Source: a virus (Duplodnaviria; Heunggongvirae; Uroviricota; Caudoviricetes). From it: a DNA stretch of 64,000 nt. Location of the stretch: positions 58,635 to 122,634 of IMG/VR virus record IMGVR_UViG_3300031133_000383. One strand, 5' to 3'. Position 1 is the stretch's first letter. Every line of letters starts with the position of its first letter. The position numbers and the translations under genes were made by a program. Of this stretch, positions 40,789 through 50,157 are shown one piece after another. The notes beneath the pieces are model-generated. The model had not been told where the DNA came from, ran no database searches, and worked only from the letters and a program-made list of their open reading frames with translations.

Positions 40789-41535
40789 ATGAAAAAGATT
40801 ATGTTTACTATCTCATTTTGTACAATCATACCATTTAGTCTATCTCAAGCTGATTATTTTGTTAAAATGCCATTGGAAAAAATTGCCGGTGGTCATCTTC
40901 AAGATGGTTCTATACAATTTGTTTCCAATGAGCCTGTGTTTGATGTTCCAGATCCATTACCAACAGATCCGGGTGTGACCTGCAAATTCAATTTAGATTA
41001 TGCTAATCCACCATTATCTGCATATGTAACTGGTTATAATTCTCAAGGATATCCTTACTCAGAAGTTATTTTTGAAAATCAGTATGTCATTAATGGTTTT
41101 AAGGGTAAGCTTATGCCCATCACTGATCCTAATGCAACTTACTATGAAACTTGTATATCAGGTGAGCCTCTTTATAATAATCAAGATGACAATGCCCCTG
41201 ATCAGGAATGGGATCAAGATAATTGCAGATATAATTATAACACTGATAGTGTTGGGCAAGCCTACTACTGGAAAGAATTTGCTAGACCAGAAGGCGTAAA
41301 AGTTTTTACAGATGCAAAATTGGGTAGTTTTGGTACTGTTACTTACAACAGTACGGATGTCAAATTTCCTGCTGGAACGATTAACAATACTTCTGGTGTA
41401 ATCTTTCCTAGTTACGATTCAAGAATTATTAAAGGCAACACTGCTTTCTATAAGGGTAATTTAGGCCAAAGTCTTCATTTGCCAAATGGTGATATTGTGG
41501 ATATATTTGCTGTCTGTAAAAAAACAGCAAAATAA
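40789..41535 (+). CDS. exported protein with ADY N-terminal motif and two Cys-bracketed repeats
   Basis: Signal peptide ending SQA-DY; C.[FY]N...KG.L...[YF]..C twice. Confidence 0.8.
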   Translation: MKKIMFTISFCTIIPFSLSQADYFVKMPLEKIAGGHLQDGSIQFVSNEPVFDVPDPLPTDPGVTCKFNLDYANPPLSAYVTGYNSQGYPYSEVIFENQYVINGFKGKLMPITDPNATYYETCISGEPLYNNQDDNAPDQEWDQDNCRYNYNTDSVGQAYYWKEFARPEGVKVFTDAKLGSFGTVTYNSTDVKFPAGTINNTSGVIFPSYDSRIIKGNTAFYKGNLGQSLHLPNGDIVDIFAVCKKTAK

Positions 41536-41540
41536 ATGCT

Positions 41541-41570
41541 AAAAAAAAGACTTTTAAGAAGTCTTTTTTT
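41541..41570. terminator. bidirectional terminator
   Basis: aaaaaaagactt-ttaag-aagtcttttttt. Confidence 0.8.
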
Positions 41571-42243
41571 ATTTCACTAAATCCCTCATATTCATTACTG
41601 TTAAATTTAAAGATTTGAAAGCACCTGTATCAATATAAAATACATTGCCCAACTTTACAGGTTTAGGTAATATCGTATGACCAACAAAGACATAATCAAT
41701 ATCTCTTACATTTCTGTCATTCTGTACTTTTATTTTTGTTCTCGACCATAAGGCATCACTGACTATTTCGTTATCGGTATCTTTCATGTTTTCAAGTTCG
41801 TCTTTGAAAAAGCTCCAATCATGATCAGGCACTTCTGCATGAACTATACCTACTTTTTTACCATTAATAGGAATTTCAATAGCGACAGGTATTGCTTCTA
41901 GTCGTTCTACTATGGCTTCTTTGTCATAGTGATTGAGATTAAGAAACCATTCACCGCCATATTCAGAAAGATGAAAAGGATATCGACCGTATCTAAAGTT
42001 TTCAATTACAATCAATTCATGATTTCCAATAACAGGGAAAAACCATTTTTCTTTAATAAGGCCCAACACTTTCAAAGATTGATCACCTTTATTGACCAAA
42101 TCACCTACAGAAAATAAACGATCCTTTTCAAAATCAAATTTTATTTCTTTTAATTTAGCCATCAAAAGATCATAGCAACCATGGATGTCTCCTATAACAT
42201 AATCATTGCCTATTGTATTTTCAGTAACTTTTTTAAATTTCAT
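41569..42243 (-). CDS. Ser/Thr metallophosphoesterase (PphA/lambda NinI type)
   Basis: GDIHG, VGDLV.KG, GNHE, VHA, GHT, IDTG. Confidence 0.92.
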   Translation of the reverse strand: MKFKKVTENTIGNDYVIGDIHGCYDLLMAKLKEIKFDFEKDRLFSVGDLVNKGDQSLKVLGLIKEKWFFPVIGNHELIVIENFRYGRYPFHLSEYGGEWFLNLNHYDKEAIVERLEAIPVAIEIPINGKKVGIVHAEVPDHDWSFFKDELENMKDTDNEIVSDALWSRTKIKVQNDRNVRDIDYVFVGHTILPKPVKLGNVFYIDTGAFKSLNLTVMNMRDLVK

Positions 42244-42252
42244 TTTTCTTCC

Positions 42253-42924
42253 TCAATATAAATATGCTTTTAAGATTTCTAATTCTTTTGTATTTAGCTT
42301 ATTAAAATCTTTCCCAAATAATTTTTGTGTCAATGCCTTATCAAGTTCTTGACTAATTCCATGTGAAAAATCATTTCTTTTACTGTTTGTTAAGTAAAAT
42401 TTTTCTTTTGAATTTATGTTCATATTCAAGTACAAATTGTATTTTTCTATATATTCAATATTTATAGTATTTTGGCTTTTATTTATAATAAAAAGACATT
42501 TTTTTTCAATAGTGTATCCATATAATTTAAAATATTCCATCATGTCTTTAACGTTATATAAATATTTTAGCTTTTCAATAAATTTCATATTGCCAGAAGT
42601 TACATACATATTTTTATCGCTAAACGTATTGTATATGTTTCTTCTGATCAGATATTTTGGTATCTGTATATGAATATCCTTTCCATACTTAGTAATAGGA
42701 CAAGTAATTTCATATTGAACATTTTTTATTTTACTATAAAAATTAACTAGCAGACTTTTATCATTATTGTTGTAAAAACCAATTTCAAACAAATGACCAG
42801 TATTGAGTAAATCATCTATTTGAGTATGTTCACTCATTAATTCAGCATCTTTTGCAGATAATGAACTCAAATCTGTAATGAGATATTTGGATTTCAAAGT
42901 TAACAATGCTTCATCTACATTCAT
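42253..42924 (-). CDS. hypothetical protein, shared C-terminal motif family (...EILKAYLY)
   Basis: C-terminal K.F..L...EL helix plus motif. Confidence 0.8.
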   Translation of the reverse strand: MNVDEALLTLKSKYLITDLSSLSAKDAELMSEHTQIDDLLNTGHLFEIGFYNNNDKSLLVNFYSKIKNVQYEITCPITKYGKDIHIQIPKYLIRRNIYNTFSDKNMYVTSGNMKFIEKLKYLYNVKDMMEYFKLYGYTIEKKCLFIINKSQNTINIEYIEKYNLYLNMNINSKEKFYLTNSKRNDFSHGISQELDKALTQKLFGKDFNKLNTKELEILKAYLY

Positions 42925-42944
42925 TTTATACCTTACTTATATTT

Positions 42945-43490
42945 TTATTCATGATACATTTTGACTGTCATTAGCTCATCTTTTGTCAAATCACTAAATG
43001 ATTTATTGTAGATTTCTTCAACTAATGGATTTAGCATCTTATTTAATTCAGACAAAAATATGAACTCATCTGTACTAATATAAAAGGGATCTTTTAGACC
43101 TGACACCTTTGATGGATAGCAAATTATCTCATACTTTTCTCTGTAATACAATGTATTATTTTTGATATTTAAATGGCAAAAAGATTCATTGATTAAGTGA
43201 CTATAATCATTTGCAACATATAGTTGAAATGGCTTACATTCCAAAAAAGATTCTAACTTTCTAATCAATTTTATGTTCTGATAATAATGATTGGGGACTT
43301 CATGACTAATCAGTCTATACTTCTTTCTGATCAGGTGAGATGGCACATTACCAATCTCTATAATCTTGTTTTCAATATGAAAGGAAGGCTTGAAGCCAAC
43401 CTTTGAATCCATATTCAAGACATCTCTATAATCTATCTCAGGTATAAATAAATCTGTTAATTTTTCATATTGCTTATCAGAAAGTAGCAT
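42945..43490 (-). CDS. hypothetical protein, shared C-terminal motif family (...MTVKMYHE)
   Basis: Coupled to the M3 peptidase stop (TAATG); C-terminal motif. Confidence 0.8.
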   Translation of the reverse strand: MLLSDKQYEKLTDLFIPEIDYRDVLNMDSKVGFKPSFHIENKIIEIGNVPSHLIRKKYRLISHEVPNHYYQNIKLIRKLESFLECKPFQLYVANDYSHLINESFCHLNIKNNTLYYREKYEIICYPSKVSGLKDPFYISTDEFIFLSELNKMLNPLVEEIYNKSFSDLTKDELMTVKMYHE

Positions 43491-45406
43491 TACGCCACTC
43501 CATAATATTTCATGAAATTATCCAAACTTACTTCCTGACCACGAAAGTTATTGTAAAGGTTTAGAGGCTCAATACTACTACCTTTTTCCAGAAACTCAGT
43601 TTTAAATTTTTTAGCATTATTTTCTTGATTTTCCAACACATGCATGAATGCATCAATAGAATAAATATCTGCCCACAGATAGCCATAATAACCAGCACTG
43701 TAACCACCTGCAAAAATATGGCTAAACGTATTGGTGAAATTTGTATCATCGTTTACTTTGCTAGGCAGTATATCATTTGCAATCTTCTTGTAAAATTCTG
43801 CAATGTCACCTTCAAAATCATGATATAGATTGATGTCAAATTTTGCAAAAACCAATTGACGTGCATAATGACTGCCGATACTATAATTTTTAGAAGCAAT
43901 GATAGAATTTAACATTTCATCTGGAATGGTACTATCGTTTTCAACATGACCTGAAATTTCACATAAAAACTTTTTATCATATGCAAACTGTTCCAGCATC
44001 TGACTAGGAATCTCAACCGCGTCTCTAGCCATTCCATTCGTTCCTGACATATTTGAGTATTTTACTTTTGAGCTAAAGTGATGTACAGCATGACCCATCT
44101 CATGTAGAAATGTATTAATTTCATCAATATCCATACCAATGTCTTTTTTGTTGACATTGCAGCAGAGCACTACCAAGCCTACATCATTCAATGTAACGCT
44201 GGACAAGCCTTGTACCCAAGCTCCTGAATTTTTTAGTTCTCTTTCAAACATATCAATAATTAAATATGACTTTAATACATTGCCTTCGTAAACACGATAA
44301 CATTCAGTATCTGCATAAGGCAGGACAAAAGCATCTTCGTCTTTTACGAAAGTAAATCCAAAAAGTTTTTCTACCAAGGAGAATACGCCTTTAAATACCT
44401 TTTCATGTTTGAAATAAGGACGTTCCATATTGAATTCATATTTCAATAATTCTTCTCGCTTGATGTTGGCATAATAGCCACGATTCCATTTTGGAATATC
44501 CTTTACACCAAATTTGTTTTCAACAAATTTATTAAGTTGATTGTATTCAATCAAAGCCAGTGGTTTCATTTTTTCTTCAATACGACTCAGAAAACTGGTA
44601 ATGGTATAATAACTTTCAGCCATGCGATCTTCCAATGCCAATGCAGTATAGTTAGAATATCCCAATATTTTGGCAATGGATTGTTTTAAAGTGTGAATTC
44701 TTTTAGTGACCAGTGTGTTATCAAAACTTGATTTAGGTGACCCCGGATAATCAGAGGCAGTATAGACAATTTGTTTTAAGGCATCTGATTCGGATTTTGT
44801 CATGATATCACCCATATCATTTTGATTGAATTTCAACACAAGTTGATTATCAATAGATTTGAAATAGGCAAGATCCTTTTCTGATAAGGTCGATTTTACA
44901 TCATCGGTTAATACATACGACCATTCTTTTTTAGAATCAATTAGATTTTTAGAAAAGGTCATACTGAGTGTTGAAAGTTCTTGACGCAGTTCATTGAGTT
45001 TCAATTGATCTTCTTTTGATAGGTTAATACCGCTATGTTCAAAACCTTTCAGGTAACGTTCTTTTAACCGTTCATCAATCACTGATTCCGTCTTTAATGA
45101 TTTAATGAATTCATAATAAAGCGGATCTTGGTTGAAGGGATTAGAGAAATTTTGATATTCAGCAATCAAGAATTCATAAGTTTCATTAACAGCCTCAGTT
45201 TTTTGAACACTGCTCAGAAAATTATAACGTGTAAAAATTTCTTCAATCGTTTTTTCCTGTGTATCTGAATCTTGTAAGTATTGCGAAATGGTTATACCTT
45301 TATTTTCTTCAATATATTTATAAACCCAATTTTTGTAGTTTTCCATAGTATTGACAAAATCTATTTTATCAGAGGCTTTAACAACGAATATATCTTTATT
45401 GAACAT
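43490..45406 (-). CDS. prlC: M3A oligopeptidase A / Dcp-like metallopeptidase
   Basis: LALEDRMA, K.SGAW, FLHEMGHAVH, DAVEIPSQMLE, FSHIFAGGYSAGYYGYLWA. Confidence 0.9.
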   Translation of the reverse strand: MFNKDIFVVKASDKIDFVNTMENYKNWVYKYIEENKGITISQYLQDSDTQEKTIEEIFTRYNFLSSVQKTEAVNETYEFLIAEYQNFSNPFNQDPLYYEFIKSLKTESVIDERLKERYLKGFEHSGINLSKEDQLKLNELRQELSTLSMTFSKNLIDSKKEWSYVLTDDVKSTLSEKDLAYFKSIDNQLVLKFNQNDMGDIMTKSESDALKQIVYTASDYPGSPKSSFDNTLVTKRIHTLKQSIAKILGYSNYTALALEDRMAESYYTITSFLSRIEEKMKPLALIEYNQLNKFVENKFGVKDIPKWNRGYYANIKREELLKYEFNMERPYFKHEKVFKGVFSLVEKLFGFTFVKDEDAFVLPYADTECYRVYEGNVLKSYLIIDMFERELKNSGAWVQGLSSVTLNDVGLVVLCCNVNKKDIGMDIDEINTFLHEMGHAVHHFSSKVKYSNMSGTNGMARDAVEIPSQMLEQFAYDKKFLCEISGHVENDSTIPDEMLNSIIASKNYSIGSHYARQLVFAKFDINLYHDFEGDIAEFYKKIANDILPSKVNDDTNFTNTFSHIFAGGYSAGYYGYLWADIYSIDAFMHVLENQENNAKKFKTEFLEKGSSIEPLNLYNNFRGQEVSLDNFMKYYGVA

Positions 45407-45525
45407 GTATAACTCCTTAATTTACGAAGATTGTAACGTAATTTTAAAAAAAAATCAATTGCATTTTTTTCATTATACTTATATAAAAAATCTATTGAAT
45501 TAATCAAGTATCAGTTTTAATAAGT

Positions 45526-46074
45526 TTAACCATTGAGAATAATATCTGTTAATAATTCGGTAGGATCAAGTAAATAATGAGGCTTTTGTTGATTAAGCGA
45601 CCACTCTTTAATAGGCTCTAAGGTTTCTTTTGTATACATTTCAAGATGAAGCATTGCCATTGGACGACCTTTATCTTTCAAAAGCACTGTTTTAATGTGT
45701 CCAATAATTTGACCAGCTTTTATTTGCGAACCTATCACCAACGTTTCAATAGGAATAAGTTCTCCGTAGTTCAGTGTATAGTTTTTGTGCTGTACCATAA
45801 TGGAATAAGTGTCATTCCACCAAGGAGAATTTGCGATTGAACCAGTGAAGGCAACCAAATTTACTATGACTCCATCTTCAATAGCAATGACTTCATCTCC
45901 ATCATTGGCATAAAGATCTACGCCCTCGTGAATATGATTTTTTCTAACATATCCAAATGATCCCGGATGAGGTGCAACAGGTATTTCTGTTGTATGCTTG
46001 TAGGACAATAAAAATGAAGTATTACTATCATTGATAGTGATATTATGCTTTTTTAGTGGAAAGTATCTCAACAT
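45526..46074 (-). CDS. M23 family peptidase
   Basis: FG..R....HEGVDL, AIEDG.I, LHLE, DP. Confidence 0.85.
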   Translation of the reverse strand: MLRYFPLKKHNITINDSNTSFLLSYKHTTEIPVAPHPGSFGYVRKNHIHEGVDLYANDGDEVIAIEDGVIVNLVAFTGSIANSPWWNDTYSIMVQHKNYTLNYGELIPIETLVIGSQIKAGQIIGHIKTVLLKDKGRPMAMLHLEMYTKETLEPIKEWSLNQQKPHYLLDPTELLTDIILNG

Positions 46075-46113
46075 TCAGGTAATCCTCAGCAGTTATTAGA
46101 GCAAATATAATTT

Positions 46114-46136
46114 AAAGACCTAATTAGGTCTTTTTT
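46114..46136. terminator. hairpin terminator
   Basis: aaagacct-aatt-aggtctttttt. Confidence 0.7.
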
Positions 46137-46137
46137 A

Positions 46138-46911
46138 TTATAATCTTAATTTACCAACATTTTTTGGTTTTTCAGGATGCATATGAATTGGCTTTACTAT
46201 TTTATCTATATGACTACCAATTAATACATCATTTCTTACATCCGTCATAAATTTAAAAGCTTCTTCTGCTGATAGAATATTTGATATCTTGACATTGCCT
46301 TTGAAATTATTTTTTAGAGATTCAACTGTTATTTTATCTTGAATATCGACTAATTTGTCTTGGTTATCAGCATAAACTGACACATAAAAATTACCTCGTT
46401 CTTTATTACTATTTTCAAAATAATTTTTAGAAACGTATACACCTTCTTTTTCCAAGATTTTATTGATTGTATCAACTTTGTCTATTTTTAGACCCAATAT
46501 TTGTATCTGTAAAATTTTAGTTAGATATCCTGTATTTTCAGGAGCTTCGTCAAATGAGCGTTGTAGATTATTTAGTTTTTGTTTTAGTCTATGATCAAGT
46601 TCTTCTATTTTTTCATAGATGACTTGTGAATTTAATTTTTCATAAGCACTGGTTAATAAATTATCTACCTTTTCAGAATCTTTTGAATCAATTAAACCAG
46701 CTTTTGACATGTCAGACAACCACTTGACAATTTCATCTTTAACTCCTTCAAAACCAACCTCTTCGGATATATGATCAATATTGGTTAAATTACCGGTTTC
46801 GTAAGCGTATTTATTACGCTCTCCTAATTTTGTTTGATATTCTCTAAAAAATCCAACCATATTATTACGATTGTACTCTGTTTTAATCGTAGGTGTCGAA
46901 TATTCTTTCAT
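46138..46911 (-). CDS. hypothetical protein with basic C-tail
   Basis: AAGGAG RBS; ends KPKNVGKLRL. Confidence 0.85.
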   Translation of the reverse strand: MKEYSTPTIKTEYNRNNMVGFFREYQTKLGERNKYAYETGNLTNIDHISEEVGFEGVKDEIVKWLSDMSKAGLIDSKDSEKVDNLLTSAYEKLNSQVIYEKIEELDHRLKQKLNNLQRSFDEAPENTGYLTKILQIQILGLKIDKVDTINKILEKEGVYVSKNYFENSNKERGNFYVSVYADNQDKLVDIQDKITVESLKNNFKGNVKISNILSAEEAFKFMTDVRNDVLIGSHIDKIVKPIHMHPEKPKNVGKLRL

Positions 46912-47052
46912 AAAAAATCTCCTTTTTTGCTTTGTGATATTTTAATTATACATTATTTTTTATAAACTAACAACAGTCTTGAAAGTATTTTAGAAATCAA
47001 AAACCTTGCTTTTGTTTATTTTCTATATATAATTAAACCAAGAGGTGTCATA

Positions 47053-47673
47053 ATGAAAAAAAAGCTTATTATATTCGATTGCTATGGTACACTGCTGACA
47101 TCAACCATCAGTAACCCGCATGGAAATTTTTTGAATGCTTTTGGAATTGATCCAAGAGACTTTCGAAAAAAACTGATGTCTGAAAAAAATATTGATTGGT
47201 TGGCATTGTTATCTTGTTCATTTGAACGAGATTTTGTCGTAAAATGTATTGAACGTTTGCAATTGGAGATTAAAATTGAACTAAGTACAATCAAACCTTA
47301 TTTGAATGACATAGGTCATAAGCTTGAAAATTTGAGAAAAGAGTATACTGTTGTACTGTTATCGAATCTTGCAAAAGAGTATGCTGAGCCTGTTGAAACA
47401 TACTTAGCAAATCATGTTGATTATTGTTTTTATTCTTTCGAAATAGGAAAAGTCAAACCTGATCAGGATGCATTTAATCATGTTATTGATTGGTACAAAA
47501 AAAATAAAGGAGAAATCTTAAACTCAGAAGTTATATTGGTGGATGACAATGCCAAAAATATTAAATTTGCACAAACAATAGGCATTCAAGGTGTATTAGT
47601 TGATAACTCGGAAACTGAGTCAATTCTTTCGACAAAATCTTTTCTGAGTGGATTTCTCAATTTGGATTTTTGA
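47053..47673 (+). CDS. HAD-superfamily hydrolase
   Basis: IFDCYGTL, LLSN, KP, LVDD...N. Confidence 0.9.
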   Translation: MKKKLIIFDCYGTLLTSTISNPHGNFLNAFGIDPRDFRKKLMSEKNIDWLALLSCSFERDFVVKCIERLQLEIKIELSTIKPYLNDIGHKLENLRKEYTVVLLSNLAKEYAEPVETYLANHVDYCFYSFEIGKVKPDQDAFNHVIDWYKKNKGEILNSEVILVDDNAKNIKFAQTIGIQGVLVDNSETESILSTKSFLSGFLNLDF

Positions 47674-47866
47674 TTTTATCATATGCTTGCATAGCAGCCA
47701 GTTTATTCAATCTTGATTGTTGATAATTGCTGTATCTCGACTCACAAACAGAACATTCAAGTGTTCTGAATAAGAAATTGACTTTGCAGCCATCAATCAT
47801 GACTGTATCGTATTTTATTTTTTCATACACGGCATTTGCTTGACAAATAACACAGATTTCAGACAT
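47657..47866 (-). CDS. stand-alone YgiT/MqsA-type zinc-ribbon protein
   Basis: MSEICVIC...C.VC....SNYQQSRLN; GAGG RBS; no HTH. Confidence 0.65.
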   Translation of the reverse strand: MSEICVICQANAVYEKIKYDTVMIDGCKVNFLFRTLECSVCESRYSNYQQSRLNKLAAMQAYDKIKNPN

Positions 47867-47879
47867 AACAAAAAATCCT

Positions 47880-48047
47880 CTATTGAAATAATATTGACAG
47901 CAGAATCCAATACAGTATGGCAAACATAAAATACATGGTGCCAACACCTTTTTGCTCTTGTTTCATGGTTGACTCAATTCTTTTTTCTACAATCTTTGTG
48001 TTAGTGTTATTTTGTGTTTCGGTTGTCTCAAATTTCCTACTATTCAT
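47880..48047 (-). CDS. small C-terminally anchored membrane protein (55 aa, not in the ORF track)
   Basis: MNSRKFET...YFMFAILYWILLSILFQ; AAGG RBS. Confidence 0.55.
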   Translation of the reverse strand: MNSRKFETTETQNNTNTKIVEKRIESTMKQEQKGVGTMYFMFAILYWILLSILFQ

Positions 48048-48119
48048 TTTATCTTAACCTTTTTTATTGTATCTAGTATTAAAATATGATAAGATTCACT
48101 CATCTAAAGAGGGTTCGCG

Positions 48120-48851
48120 ATGTCTAGTTCTGAGAAAAGATTTATTTATCATTCAACTTCAAGTAAATTTTTTAACGATTATCAATATCGGAAGATGATT
48201 AAAAAACTAAAAATCAGGACAGAACCAGATGAAATTAGAAGCCTTGATCATAAATTACTAGATTTATTAGAGCAAAGCAAGCTTTTATTTACAAGATATG
48301 GTATTTATGAAATTTGTACATTTAGAGACTATGAACAGGTTGAATGTATTTCTTTGACTATCAAATACAAATCTTATTTTAGTTCTTATTGGGCAAATAT
48401 TATGACTCTGGAATATATGCCGAAATCGACTCCACCTTTTAAAAGTATTTATTCTGCTTATGATATATGGATTGACGTAGGGCATCTGTTTGATGACAAG
48501 TATGCTTATACAGGAAAGACAAAGTGTTCAATTGAACCTTTTCGAAATCTTTACTATCATAATCAGGATTATAATATTCAGTTAATTAATCATATCTTAT
48601 TCAATGCTTCTATCAGTGTAGATTCAGATGATAAGTTCACATGGACAATTTCTATGAAAATAAAGAAACATGGAAAGATGCACAGTATTTCTGGTATTGA
48701 ATATTCGTTTGAGGACTTGATAGATACATTAATGAATCGACCTCTCGAATTTGTTTATAAAATTTATTTTCCCAATAAAGAAGTAGATATTGAAATGTTT
48801 CGAAAAGATCCCAAAAATGCATTTAATCTTTTGTCCATGATTGAAATTTAA
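48120..48851 (+). CDS. hypothetical protein, shared C-terminal motif family (...NLLSMIEI)
   Basis: GAGGG RBS; C-terminal motif. Confidence 0.8.
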   Translation: MSSSEKRFIYHSTSSKFFNDYQYRKMIKKLKIRTEPDEIRSLDHKLLDLLEQSKLLFTRYGIYEICTFRDYEQVECISLTIKYKSYFSSYWANIMTLEYMPKSTPPFKSIYSAYDIWIDVGHLFDDKYAYTGKTKCSIEPFRNLYYHNQDYNIQLINHILFNASISVDSDDKFTWTISMKIKKHGKMHSISGIEYSFEDLIDTLMNRPLEFVYKIYFPNKEVDIEMFRKDPKNAFNLLSMIEI

Positions 48852-48862
48852 TAGGAGCTACT

Positions 48863-50050
48863 ATGCTTTTTGAATATACAAAATTAAAAAAAGAAGACTT
48901 TAAAGAATTCTTACAATCCAAAAATTTCAATACCATAGACATACCTATTGTTGGTGATCATGCTGCACAAAAAAAAGAATATACAATATCAGTACAATCT
49001 TCAATTGATAACTTAATAGATTTAGTTTTCCACCCATTGAAAAAAGATGATACCTACAATATTTATAATCATTTTAATTATTTAGATTCATTGATAGAAA
49101 CAGAGACTCCGTTTAAAGAAAGAAATCAAAATACCACCTTGTTTTTTATTTTTAAAAGCGATACAGTTAGTATTCTTATTAAAGATTTTTTTCATATATC
49201 ATTAAATGAAACGGATGATATAGATTTTTCACTGATGTCCGTTTGTTTTGATTTTAAAAAATCATCAAGCTTAGAGCAATTCCTATTAATTTTGGTACAA
49301 AAGACAAAGGAATATTTTAAAAATACTTACAATCTTGATTATACAGTTGACAATTTGGCTCACATACGAACGATAATTCATACGAAATACAATCTTAATG
49401 CTCCGCATTATAAATCATCAATCAATAAAAAATACAATCAAGGTATCATGGCTCAATATATGGACAAAAATTATGATAAAGTCATGATTTCGTCTATTAT
49501 TAATAGGGCTAAAACGCTAAGTTCTATGGTAAAAAAACCGGTGGTTGATTTGTCAATAAAAGCTCAACATCCTAATAATAGTTATGGCAATGAAAGACTT
49601 CTATTTCCGGTAGCTTTCATAAGGCATATCGAGCCACTTTTAAACCATATCTTTCTTAATGATTGGTCTAAAAAAACAATCCAATTGATTAATGCATTGA
49701 TTCTCTATCAATCTGCTATTAACGGATTGACAATAAATCATTTTTCTATAATTATGCCATCATTAGAAATTAATAAAAAGAGTCTTGAAAATTTTGAATT
49801 ATTTAAGATAGTTTCAGAATCTGAATTCTTTTTTTATAATGAACAAAATTTCAAAATAATATTTGGATTGAATATTAAAATTCAGGTGAAAAATGGTCCT
49901 AATATTATATATGATCATGATTTTGAAAATCTAGACCAAGCTTATATTCATTTTATTGATTATTTCAGCACAGTCATTATAAACCGCATACCTTCCACCA
50001 CTATTATTAATAATGATACTTTTAAAATATTAAAAATGATGAATATTTAA
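48863..50050 (+). CDS. hypothetical protein, shared C-terminal motif family (...KILKMMNI)
   Basis: AGGAG RBS; C-terminal motif. Confidence 0.85.
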   Translation: MLFEYTKLKKEDFKEFLQSKNFNTIDIPIVGDHAAQKKEYTISVQSSIDNLIDLVFHPLKKDDTYNIYNHFNYLDSLIETETPFKERNQNTTLFFIFKSDTVSILIKDFFHISLNETDDIDFSLMSVCFDFKKSSSLEQFLLILVQKTKEYFKNTYNLDYTVDNLAHIRTIIHTKYNLNAPHYKSSINKKYNQGIMAQYMDKNYDKVMISSIINRAKTLSSMVKKPVVDLSIKAQHPNNSYGNERLLFPVAFIRHIEPLLNHIFLNDWSKKTIQLINALILYQSAINGLTINHFSIIMPSLEINKKSLENFELFKIVSESEFFFYNEQNFKIIFGLNIKIQVKNGPNIIYDHDFENLDQAYIHFIDYFSTVIINRIPSTTIINNDTFKILKMMNI

Positions 50051-50133
50051 AAATAACAATAATATTTTTATTGACATAATAGTAGCTCGAATGTTATTCT
50101 ATAATAGACAACTTTTATAAATAGGAGGAAGCT

Positions 50134-50157
50134 ATGTCACAGCTAAACGCAATTTAA
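50134..50157 (+). CDS. putative leader ORF MSQLNAI
   Basis: Strong AGGAGG RBS; stop overlaps the AlaRS-like frame (TAATT). Confidence 0.5.
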   Translation: MSQLNAI

